A DNA stretch of 40,246 nt, taken from assembly GCA_910592345.1 (NCBI GenBank), contig CAJVPI010000239.1:1-40246 (forward strand), given 5' to 3'. The translations under genes and the position numbers were made by a program. Within the stretch, counting starts at the first letter, position 1, and the number at the start of each line of letters is the position of its first letter. Source of the DNA: Paraglomus brasilianum. Its lineage: Eukaryota. The notes under the pieces are model-generated. The model was not told the origin of the DNA and did not search any database. It was given only the letters and a program-made list of their open reading frames with translations. Below, one piece after another: positions 1 to 10,963 of this stretch.

Positions 1-32
1 GACCTGGATATTAGTCTTCAATATCACATTAA

Positions 33-105
33 CCGTACGTGGGGGGTGTACCAATTTAACTTACACCCCCGGGTGTACAGAATATGTTACACCCCCTGGT
101 GTACG
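33..105. mobile_element. Tiny MITE-like element flanked by TTAA
   Basis: TTAA at 29-32 and 106-109. Left end ccgtacgtggggggtgtacc; right end reverse-complements to cgtacaccagggggtgtaac. Internal tacacccc/ggtgtac repeats. Confidence 0.5.
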
Positions 106-1343
106 TTAAGGAGGCCCTTTTTATAACTCCCCAGTTATGAGATAACAAGTTAAATGCATGTTTGCAGATTTGGTTTAATTAATTTGAGTCCGTTAATATT
201 GCTGTTTATAGGTAATCTTGAAAGAAAAATGGGGGGGTTCAACCTAACCCCTGAATCTTTATGTTAAGTAGATTCTTTATCCACAATACACAGCGTATTT
301 AGTATTGCAGTATTGATCCTAGTATCAAATGTAATCTTACTGGTCACATCTAAACTGAATGTACTACTTTTCTTTTTACCACATATTCGGGCTCTGTTCC
401 AACAAAAAAGCCTGTTAATTTTGCATTAGTGAATGTTATCATGCTCGCCAATCAGTACGATAACAAGAATCAAGTATCTTCTTCATAGATTCATTTATTT
501 GATTAGCTTAATAAATTGCCTGCACGAACGATTAATTGGTGGGAATTTTTAATAAGAAATATTGTTCGTCGAAAACAATGGTCTCATCAATCATTTCTGA
601 AGCACAGCCACGCACTTTAAAGAACAATAATAACGCCATCGTTGTACAAACGAATATGGCTCAATTGATTATCAAATTTCTAGAATTCTGAGTATGCTGA
701 TTAGTTGATATACAGGGGGGGGGGACTGGGACTTGTAAAATTCCCGGATACAAAACCGCCGCTATGGCCAGATAAACAGGACAAATACCAGATTAACTGA
801 TTATAGCATACCCGTTCGTTGTAAGTTTTGCAACATACATTCGTAACCGCTTAATCATTGTTTCAGTTTCTCGCCTTCTTGTAGCAAAATGTATTATTAT
901 ATTTACTGTATCCTTAACAAAACCTTAATTTGTTTGTATCGTAAACATGGCGTCTGAGCGCCTGAAAAATGCTGTGCCAAGTTTATATAATTGGTATGCA
1001 GATTATTTAATACAACATTTAAAGTAAGAGTTACATTGCATCCAATCACTATTGATATCGTCTCATTTGTTGATTAAATATGCCTTTTACAATGTCTCTT
1101 TATTATGAAAAGTTGTTTCTCAAAACGCAAGCAAGACAAGAGCAAAGCGAAGAGTATTATTGATTAGCAGGGATACGACATAAAACCCAAGAGGGAAGTA
1201 TGAAGTCATATACATATATTTACGATTCAATAAAAAAGTCTTATTTTCAATTAATTGTAAATCCTAGAAAAAAGGTTGTTTTCTTATTGTTTTTTTTTTT
1301 TTTTTTTGGCGGAAGCCTTTAACCAAATAATTTTTGCTCTACT

Positions 1344-2429
1344 TTACATTTCTCGCTCAAGTCTCATACTAGACACATCGCGAGTGGCAAGATCATACTC
1401 GCTACCATTTGAAACAAAGCTTGTATTGTTTGTATTGTAAGTAGTAGCTAACGACACACTACCCTGTTCATTGATTTTGTGCGCCTCCTTTACATCTGAT
1501 CCAACTTCCTTACTTTCCGCTGAATCAAGCTGTTTTTCCTCGTCTTCGCCTAGCACCACATCACCAATGTTGCTCACCAACTCGTCAGAAATACTATCTG
1601 CTTTCTTTGGTGGAAGATGATTTCGTAACTCGATATCACGAGTACGAACGCTTTTGAATAGCTTGGGAATAATCAACCCAAACTCTGTCATACAGAACAC
1701 AGTGAATGCTATACTGAACAATTCAGGTATTTCATAGGTGATAATGACGGATTTGAATATGCATAAAAGATGATAAATAGATGAAAATGTGAGAAAGAAT
1801 AGATCGAGACAGAAGAAAAATGTTCGAAATCTGCGTTCACGAACTATCTGAGGATCCTCGCTGAGATTACTGCGACGAAATGTACTGAAAACGACAACAA
1901 GGAATATGCCCTCTAACAGGATATAATAAAATCTAAGTGCGGGGGTGACTATGTCATTGATATTATATATAATCTCCCAATCGTCCGTGGCACATTTCTC
2001 GGTTTGATCTGCTTGACATGATTTACTGTACTGAGTGCTGGCAATGAATAAGCTGGTTACTTGTAATGCCGCGACTGCAATCACTGAATAATGAATCCGA
2101 CTGTGTTTCCTGCACGGAGCATATACAGCTTGACATCTCAAGAAAGCCAGGCACAAGATAGCCGGTCTGAGTATGACAAAAAGCCCATTGCGCGCGACTG
2201 TCGTCCATATTCGCATACCAGGTGCCACAAGTTTTATGATGGTTAGGAGTTCGCAAATAAAGAGGAGAAGGTTGACAATTGGAAACAGATAATATTTTGA
2301 TGCTGTCGAGCGAAGAACCGCCATGTGTACTAAAGAATATATAGTAAGCAGTATGGAAGTTCCTATCAATGTCCCTCCCAAAGACTGCTCTATTGGTGTG
2401 TCGTAAACATCATACAATATTTCTGACAT
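1344..2429 (-). CDS. Seven-transmembrane GPCR-like membrane protein, 361 aa, intronless
   Basis: Seven hydrophobic segments. 'FLRCQAV' at the end of TM3, Cys pair (CQADQTEKC) in the loop after TM4, and a Ser/Thr/acidic C-terminal tail of about 100 aa. Confidence 0.8.
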   Translation of the reverse strand: MSEILYDVYDTPIEQSLGGTLIGTSILLTIYSLVHMAVLRSTASKYYLFPIVNLLLFICELLTIIKLVAPGMRIWTTVARNGLFVILRPAILCLAFLRCQAVYAPCRKHSRIHYSVIAVAALQVTSLFIASTQYSKSCQADQTEKCATDDWEIIYNINDIVTPALRFYYILLEGIFLVVVFSTFRRSNLSEDPQIVRERRFRTFFFCLDLFFLTFSSIYHLLCIFKSVIITYEIPELFSIAFTVFCMTEFGLIIPKLFKSVRTRDIELRNHLPPKKADSISDELVSNIGDVVLGEDEEKQLDSAESKEVGSDVKEAHKINEQGSVSLATTYNTNNTSFVSNGSEYDLATRDVSSMRLEREM

Positions 2430-2786
2430 TTTTCTCCTCGGGTGAAAATTCGTCGACGCAGAGAGAATAATTTAAACAAAAAGTTGTGTGAAAACGTGAT
2501 GAACTGTTGCAGAAAAATGTAACCAAACAATTGGTTGTGATTGTATAGAAAGGTTTGCCGATTATATAGAGTGATGGTGGGTCGAAGGAAAATATCAAGT
2601 TTGAGGGTAAAAGAGTTGTAAGAGTAGGGGAAGGGGGAAAGTCGAAAGGGTGAAGCGAGCAAGGTGAAGCGAGCGGGGCTAGCGAGGAAAGTGGGGGAGA
2701 TTATAGAGGTGAAGAGGGAAAAAAGAATGTAGCCTCATAAACAGTTGGTCTTGAGTAAAAGAACATGTGTAACTGGCATAGCTCTC

Positions 2787-2795
2787 TTTTATATA
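2787..2795 (-). promoter_or_regulatory. Candidate TATA box of the 7TM gene
   Basis: Minus strand TATATAAAA, followed by a pyrimidine-rich leader (purine-rich on + at about 2600-2730) before the ATG at 2429. Confidence 0.35.
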
Positions 2796-4929
2796 GCAAC
2801 ATTCGTAAAATACGTACATATCGTCTAATCTAATTTTTTTTATGTTATGTAATTTACACCAAATATTCGGTTATCTCTGCTCCGATCAGATAAAGTTTAT
2901 AATAGTAGCCATTTATTACTGCAGCCCAGGTAACTTTCATGCGGAGCGATGATCGGATTTTCTATTTAGAATTCAGCTTTCTCGTTTTGGGTGACAGATG
3001 GTTTTGGAGCACGAAAATGCAAACGACAATATAACGAAATGGAAGAATCATTAAAAAAACCCCGTAGTACATAAAATTTAGAGAGGATGGCTTTACGTGG
3101 TTCACAAGAAACTAAAACTTATTAATATTGGTTTCATATTTTACGATCAGTTTGTTATCAGTAGTTCATTGTTTACGTTTAGTTTGTTGTCTAGATTTAA
3201 TAACATAAACAACGTACAACATATTCTGGGACAAGTTTCTCCAATGGGACGTTAAAGTTAGCTTATTCAAGCTGGGCAAAAAAATATTTAAATTGTATCA
3301 CTTGACGTTTTGGTAATCGACTTTAACTAATCGGCTGCCGTTCTGCATACACCCCATACTTTCGTTTTCCTTACACATTATTCGCTATTGTCACAAATTT
3401 AAGTTTGCTTGTTGGTTTGCCATTTCTAGATTTATCAATTGAACGTTAAACTAAATTTGGTTCAAGACCCAGGGGACCATCACCCCTGTAATCATTGCAA
3501 GTAATAAATTTCACGATCGATCGACGATTTACTTGTTCAATATTTGCGCGACAAAAGATTGAAACAAATGCGGTAAAGAATCACGTTAAATGACTGTGAG
3601 AGATGCAGGGTACTCATCCTTTTATCTTCACACAAGTTTAAATAAAACTTGCATAGAATAACAAGGGTCAATCAAGAAAACATGGGTGCTAGCCACTTTT
3701 CGCTCTAATGCAGGATGTCTTTGTACGTACTGTTTCGAACAACCATGTCAAAACGCTAATGGATATTATGGTTTAAATCCAAACACGTGATGTTTTACCA
3801 ATATCAATGAAGGCTTGTTCAAAGCTGTTCAAAATTTACCAAGCATACCTCATACGTCAAGAGCAAATTATTACCGTGTGACTAGAATTCTATACTTGCT
3901 GCAAAGAGCATTGGATAAACAAGTTATTGGATTAACAAGAATGAAAACGCCAATGTCGTCAGGAGATATATTTCCTGTGTATGTGCGTCAATTTATGCAG
4001 ACTGCATAGTATTAGTCCATTTATAGTTAGTTGCCAGATCTTTGTGATTCTATCCAATCTTACAAATGTATAAAGGCAATCCTTTACTTATTCTCATTGT
4101 TTTACTTTAAAATATATTGTGCGGCCTTTGTCAAACTTTTGTGATCTATGACCACTTTACACACTCGGTTTCTAGAAAACAAAGTGCATTACTTGAACCA
4201 ATAATAATCAAATCAAGCTTTAGGTTACATTAAGTGATATCATGTTACTCGGATTCAGATATGATTCATCCAAATGATAGCGCTCGCCTATCCGAGTAGA
4301 AACAGTTTTGTGAAAAAAGAATGCTAATAATACAAGAGACGACTACTATTACCGATACCAACTTAATAATATGAACAGCTTTTTTAAAAAATTTATTCTT
4401 AAACGTTCGTTCTTATAACAATAAAGACAGATGATAACATCTTCTCCAGCACACTTCGCTAAATACTCGCGTTCATTATTATTGCTTTAAAATATCTTAT
4501 AACTCTAAAACCAAGGTACATTTATCTAAGGGACTAATTGGATTTGTAACGCTCGATTGATTACCTCATATTTCTGTCGAAAATGTTTCAGTTGTTACAT
4601 CCATTATGTCCGTTAGACTGCTTGCTTTAGCCCGGATGTTAGCAATCTGCTCATGTAATGGTTATAACATCACATGTTTAGATAAAGTACTCTGGCCATA
4701 TCACTAATACGTCTTGCTATCACCATATACTATCAACGTCAATTTTCAATTTACATATAGTCTCCACTCGCTCATTCACTTTACCCAATCTTTGCAAATG
4801 TCCATTCAAACAATTTACAACGACTATAAACGCACCCGAGACGGAGACCACTTTACTTCTACTGCTACGCTCAATTTTGTTCCAACATCCATTTTTATTT
4901 ATTCATATGACTCTGTTCCTCACAAACGC

Positions 4930-5650
4930 ATACAACCCCAAACGCCATATCCATAAGGAAAAGGTTAAAAATATGGTTATATCAACAGATACGATTGTCG
5001 AAGCTACAATCACATTTATTATTCTGGCGAATGTCAAGGCACGTTCTATTATAATACTGTCATTCAGGTTAATGTCACCGCGATTTAATACCCAGAGTTT
5101 CATTGCGTCATCGATTTCAATAAATGCAGGCTTTCCACTAACATTTGCTTAGCGCTTGGAGTTTCCGTCCTATTGTTAACCACACATTTTTTCTTGTTTC
5201 AAAATATCTTAGATGGCCTGTTTTGATATTTTATACTCCTTTACCGTACCTTTTTGCTTGAGTGCAGGATTAGCTCTCATACGTTCACATAATATAATTC
5301 TTTTTTCTTTAATGCTGTTAAGGTAACGCGAGTTCGTTTGTTTACTTAGAACCATTTTTTTCGTTTATTATTTAAATTGATAGGACCATAAGTCGACATT
5401 ATGTTAAGCTTGTAATTTGTTAGATACGTGTAGCAGAAAATGGGAAAAGAATCTTATTCTTATATTAATTGTGTATAACGAACTCCGTTATATCGAGTTA
5501 AATGTGTTCGGGCAAATTAATCCGGATCCAATTATATCACTATTTAATATAAAAGTCCGCTATAATACTTAGTAAAAATTCCGTCCCAGCAAAAAGTCCG
5601 TATAAGGCAAAACCCGTTATATCGACGGTCCGTTATATCGACTGTCACTG
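4930..5650 (-). mobile_element. 5' half of a degenerate pogo/Tigger (CENP-B-like) DNA transposon
   Basis: Minus-strand remnants RVTLTALKKKEL / NPALKQK / ISKQAI*DILKQ (CENP-B N-terminal HTH) and FIEIDDAMKLWV..NLNDSIIIERALTFA (Tc5 HTH), with stops and frameshifts. Terminus cagtgacagtcgatataacgg at 5650-5630. The motif ccgttatatcga recurs at 5485, 5614 and 5630. No DDE domain or second TIR seen. Confidence 0.75.
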
Positions 5651-6359
5651 TGTATATCGCCAAAGTTGAACCTGTCCACCTGATTAACATATCTGAAGGA
5701 GATCACTATCGTCAACACATATTAGCATGAAGATGGTGTTATACGACAAATTTAATAATAATAATAGCATTTAATATTAAATAGCGATTTACGATTAATA
5801 TTATTAGTATGTCAGATGATCACTTAAATGTATCACACTGATCTGACGTAAATTTAGTGATGTAAATCAATATTTTAGCAATAGCTATGGACCATTTAGA
5901 TTTTAGAATAGCTATACCGCAGTAGCAATTCAGATATATAAACAACCAAAGTTCGAATAGTTTCTGCACCTTTTCCACTTAATATTTGGTCGAAGGCTCC
6001 AACGGAATAATGAAATAACTCTTACGGCGGCGGAATAATACTTATAGGATCGAATAAATACGATGGAAAACAATAAACTTACGATTGGAAAGATTCAACT
6101 GGCATTACTATAATCTCTAATATCTTCTCTAATGGCATGGCACTGGACTTATTAAAGTTTACAGCGTCGAGAGCTTAATCAGTTGTACGAACGATTATCG
6201 ATGAAATCCCAGCAACGTTCTCAATAATACGATTATACCTAATAATAACTACTACAACACCGCTCGTACAACAATAGAAATGATGTTCTTAGCACTCTTG
6301 GTGAACCAATATGTCATTCCTCAGCAGAACCTTCCATGTTTGATCATCTAATCCTCTTA

Positions 6360-7010
6360 AACCCAAATGAGCCCTATTACAAAGATGTCATTGAAAAATA
6401 TATCTGCTGACCTTTAACAAAAAAGTTTGATAATATCAAATATAGTGATTACTATGGAATCAACCCACCAAATTTTCAATCAAGTTGGAAAGAAGAAACC
6501 AATCTAGAGAGACACATCTGTGGAGATCAGAGGAAGAACTTGGCAATTTTTCTACAAAACTGAACAATTCCAAAATAATGTGAGATTTTACATAACACAA
6601 CAAGCAATACAACTCACCTTACAATTTGGAATCCTGATTGATTCCCTGACTCAAACACTTCAAAGAGAAATCACTGTCAACAATGTTGATATCATAAAAC
6701 ATCAACTTGACAACCTTAAAATACTTCCTTCTCCCTATCACAAAACCTCTCCAAACATGATGGGCTCAAAAACAAACAAACAATATTATATCTGTTCTTC
6801 TTTCTATGGATTTTGCTAGAACAAGGAAGTCCTTTATCATCCAACAATTTAAACTCTTCCTTGAATGTTCCAAAAGACAATACCTTCTATTAGCACTGAT
6901 ATTAGCACTGACAGGAGTGGCTGCTCAGTATGTTGGTGGTAAAACCATACATTTTGAATTGAGAATAACATCAACAGACAATACTGGTAGCACTGCTTCA
7001 TGTTACTGAA
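6360..7010 (+). pseudogene. Degraded PIF1-family helicase, probably a Helitron-like TE relic
   Basis: PYYKDVIEKYIC*PLTKKFDNIKYSDYY; decayed Walker A GFARTRKSFII; LLALILALTGVAAQYVGGKTIHFEL matching PIF1 motif Ia/Ib (APTGVAA..GGxTIHS). Stops and frameshifts. Confidence 0.75.
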
Positions 7011-7289
7011 TGCTGATCTTAACACTGCAACTATTCAAGGCAGTTTTCCAAAAATTATATTTCAATTAATGGAACAAGGGCTTATGTCAGCTGATGAACA
7101 AATAAAGAAATTGCTAACAGACTTGAAATATTCTGAGAATATTTACACGTAATAATAAAGGAGGTTTTGTGTTAGTGGATATGCTAGATACAACCACAAA
7201 GAGTCTAACACATTGGTAACTATCATTTCACATACAAAAGTATTGCATCATCAATAATATATAGATCTTTTCAAGAAAACTCCCCACAA

Positions 7290-7400
7290 CCATATAAATA
7301 CACATCACAAGTGCATTGCATAATGCAAGTACACACCATAAGTACACACAAATACATCACAAGAATACACACAAATACACTACTTTTACATACATAATAA
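7290..7400. repeat. Degenerate AC-rich tandem repeat
   Basis: Recurrent tacacacaaatac / catcacaag units. Confidence 0.5.
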
Positions 7401-7491
7401 ATCATGTTTTATCATTTTTTGAGTACTAGTATTAGTACACGTATGGTATGGGACAAGTATACATCACATCAAACAAAAATCAGTAATAACT

Positions 7492-7574
7492 GCAAGAAAC
7501 TTTTATCCGCACCAGTTTAAGCTGTTTTTACCTATCTGCTTACATGTAGAGGATGAGAATAAAAGCTCCATAAG
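7492..7574 (+). mobile_element. Short dispersed element, copy 1 (83 bp)
   Basis: Aligns to the reverse complement of 14622-14721: shared aacttttat, ccagtttaagctgttttta and gagaataaaagc. Confidence 0.7.
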
Positions 7575-7769
7575 ACTGTATTTACTAGGGGAGGGAGGTG
7601 TTTTTTTGCTAGATTTATAAAGGATTGGAAGAGTACCAGGGGGTGAGTGAGTCTATCTGTAGAATGAAGGGAAAGAAGTACAATGACATGTTTGTTACAA
7701 CAAAGAGAGATTCAAGTAATGACAAATTACTTTCCCCTTCTTATTTACAGTATTAAAGTATAATATATT

Positions 7770-8308
7770 TTAAGACATTTACCAATGGTGAGCATAAAGC
7801 TCAAGTGAAACGACTGAGGTGGCCGTAGATGCACGGTAGTATAAACTATGCGTTGTTGTGCAGCTTTTATTTTTCTGGTCGTCTTTTTTGCAGACCGCCT
7901 CCAAACATTTGTTAAACTTGGTATGGTAAGCCAAGCCAATCCAGAATCCTGTGGTGCCCGAAACTTAAGCACCAACTCTTTTTTATCTTTCTGTTTGTAA
8001 AAAAGTTACAATAAATAAATAGTAAACAGTCATTAAGGCAAGCTCTAACAATATAAATCCTTACTTCAAGACGGACAAATTCTAACGCCGCCGGTTTCCC
8101 TGGCCTGGACATTCGCCCGGTACTGTGACTCAGCTGTGCAAAATAATTTGGATAAGCCAAATCGATGTCCAACATCGCTCGTATGGCGATAATCCTGCTG
8201 GGCTTTAATTCGGCTAATTGCTGTTGTTTCCTCAGCTTCATCTGCTCGTTTCATAACGTCCTCCAAATAGCGATGGGCGGTATAATGGTAATGGAAGTTG
8301 AAGAGCAT
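7770..8308 (-). pseudogene. Frameshifted two-exon gene remnant, weakly lipase class 3-like
   Basis: Intron gtaagg...acag at about 8064-7991 joins EFVRLE to KDKKELVLKFRAP. The ATG frame (8308) ends at a stop, so a frameshift is needed. Family call is weak. Confidence 0.3.
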
Positions 8309-8442
8309 GATGTTTAAATGTCTGTGATTTAAGAGGGAAGAACTTTGTTATGGAGAAATTGCGCGACAGACAGCAACTTTATATATAGAATAGCGACAAT
8401 GTTTTTAAATAACGTTTGTCTTCTCAACTGATATGGCAATTT

Positions 8443-9421
8443 TGTATAATTGCGGGGTGGTACCTCCCAACAGACATTTCTATACATTAATTAGATATTT
8501 GACAACTTTATTGTTAGATAAACCAATTGAATTGTTACCACTACAAGATTATCCCAAAAACAATTGTACAAACAGGCATCATTTTGCAGCATTGTTTGTA
8601 ATAATCATTGAGGCTTAGTTCATTGTTTAATGCAGCGATAAATCAAGGCAACAATTACTGACGATTATCTAAAAAAAGATGTACAAAGATATCAACTTTG
8701 AGCACAGAAGTGTGAAGGCAACAATTACTGACGCTTATTCCAAAAATAGATGTACAAAACAGGCATCATTTACAGCATCGTTGTAATAATAATTGAGGCT
8801 TAGATCTAAGGACACCAAATAGAAATAGAGTTGCGATGTCTCTAAAAATAGATTTGCTACAAATATCTACTCTACGTTGTCAAGATTATCGTTGATATAG
8901 TATGATCAAATATGCAAAGCAACAATCTATTCCTAAAAACAGGTATACAAGTTCTCCGTTTGAAAAGCTTGCATCCGAATGTCGCATTATTTTAAACCTT
9001 AAAAAAAAAAAAAGTTGAAACCTCTACGTAAATGACATCGGTGTACCCTTTTGGTTTTTCATAGTTAAACTTCTCAATTTACCTTTATATATTTAATCGC
9101 TAGTTTAACTAGACCATTTATTACTTTTTAAACATGCGTTTTATTGGCGGTGGTTTGTTAAGAAATATATCTGCTCAATGTCCGCCTGCACTAAACAACG
9201 ACAACTCTATTTTTATCTGCGTCTTCAGAAGATCTAAGCCTCAACAATTATACCTGCTTTGTACATTTATTTTTAGTAGTAACTGTTGCTCGATTCATCG
9301 CTGCATTTGACAATGACAACTCTATTTCTGTGTCTTCGATCTAAGCCTCAACAATTATTGTATTTATTTTTAGTAGCGATTGTTGCTCTGCATGCTTGAG
9401 TTACCCCTGCATTATTAGACA
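8443..9421. mobile_element. Non-autonomous foldback/MITE-like element with modular inverted arms
   Basis: Direct repeats caggcatcatt..attgaggcttag (8573-8618, 8760-8803) and aaggcaacaattactgacg (about 8645, 8715), mirrored by gatctaagcctcaacaattat (9231, 9338). Ends ttgtataattgcggggt and acccctgcattattagacaa are imperfectly inverted. Confidence 0.65.
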
Positions 9422-10469
9422 ATCTTGTTATAATTGAAAACATATTGAGAAGTACCTTGCTATATCAGTTGTTGTAACAAGGACTACTTTATAAAGTGAT
9501 TTTACGGCCTGCCTACACCATCACCTTTCAATAGTTGCATCATTCTGTACTACTCTATCTCAGTACCATTAATATTTAATACTTTGCTTGAACTCTTTTT
9601 CTACGTTTTAAAAAACTTCTATACAATAATGTCTGTTGTATTTAGACATTCTCTGTAACAATGTTTCAGCGACGAGTTCTGAAAGCAGTACAAGGGAAGA
9701 GCCTCCAGAGCACGACAATACTCCAAACAGGGATGATTATCAGAAAAGAGTCCACAAGGGAGTGGACTGCCAGCTCTTCTGAAAAACGTCTGTCCAGAAA
9801 TTTTTCTATTACGAGCATTGCAAATAGTAAGAATGTTACTACTGTGTATTCTCTATCAATGCTACTGAAAAGTGTTAACATCCTTTTCTACTTTCTAGAA
9901 GCCATTGTGCCATCCCGGAGAGCCCGGAACTCTGAAACCAACATCTTGAACATGAAAGAAGTTGGCACTATGGCTATATTTAACGGGACATAACAAATAT
10001 CCAATCACCAACAACCGAAATGGAGTCGCCAGACAAAACCAAACGCTATAATAAGCTCCTTGAAAATGGCAGGAGCGACTAACTATAGCAACACCATTTT
10101 CGTGTTCAGAGAAAGTATGCAAATTTCGAGGTCGTTTGGGGTTGGAATGGCGCGTACATGTGAGTCGTCGGTCGGTCGTTTTTGCGGCGTAACGCCTTAG
10201 CATTTTTTTATATACACATTTTCTATTATATACTTTGTATAGAATAGTATCGAAAAACTTGTATATAAATGCAACTTTTTTTTCTAGACTGTCATTTATA
10301 TAATCTTAAGAAGAGTAACTTTATTTTTTAGAAAGCAGTAATCACCCTCCACTGCCACCCCGGAGAACTCGGAGAGCCCGGAGAGCTCTGAAACCAACGT
10401 CTACCAAGAGGAGGTGGAATATCTCTTGGATATATTCGAAAACCAAGAAGAAGAGACTGGTATTGGAGG

Positions 10470-10545
10470 AATAATGTTGTTGTTGTTATTGTTATATTCA
10501 TTATTATTATCATTATCATTATCATTATTATCATTATTATCAATG
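10470..10545. repeat. (GTT)/(ATT/ATC) microsatellite
   Basis: gttgttgttgtt..attattattatcattatcattatcattattatcattattatc. Confidence 0.8.
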
Positions 10546-10848
10546 TATTAATGTAAAGAGATTTTGCTCTTTGTTTCAAACCAATTAGGTAAAGGTTTAG
10601 TTTTTTGAGGAAAGAACACTTTAATATTAAAACTAAACTAAGGGGAATCATACGGTTACAAAAATAACAGTCAGAAAAATTAAACGTAAATACATATTTT
10701 GAAAGTAACTTATGAAAACTCCTAAGTAAAAATAATTTAGCGAGATGCAAGACATAAATTTCTGAATAAATTTTTCCAAAATGTCTTTGTATGCAATCAA
10801 TTTAACCGGATGCTTTTATCAGGTATTTTTTAACGAGAGGCAATCAAT

Positions 10849-10963
10849 CATTTCACCGACAAATATTTACCAGCATTATTTCGAATCTATCCTTTTTTAG
10901 TAGGTAATTGTCGGTGAAATGTACTGTCGGTGAAATAATTGTCGATGAAATAATACGGACCCC
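10849..10963. mobile_element. DNA transposon terminus with subterminal repeats (MULE-like)
   Basis: Three tandem tgtcg(g/a)tgaaat units (10909-10951) ending in acggacccc, plus an inverted copy atttcaccgaca at 10850. Confidence 0.55.

Noticed and set aside
230..770. G-run motifs resembling hAT/MITE termini (gggggggttcaacctaacccctg; ccgccgctatgg)
   Set aside because: Could not pair ends or find a TSD.
8573..8803. Spaced direct repeats as a CRISPR-like array
   Set aside because: Only two degenerate copies per module, irregular spacing, inverted partners and a eukaryotic context.
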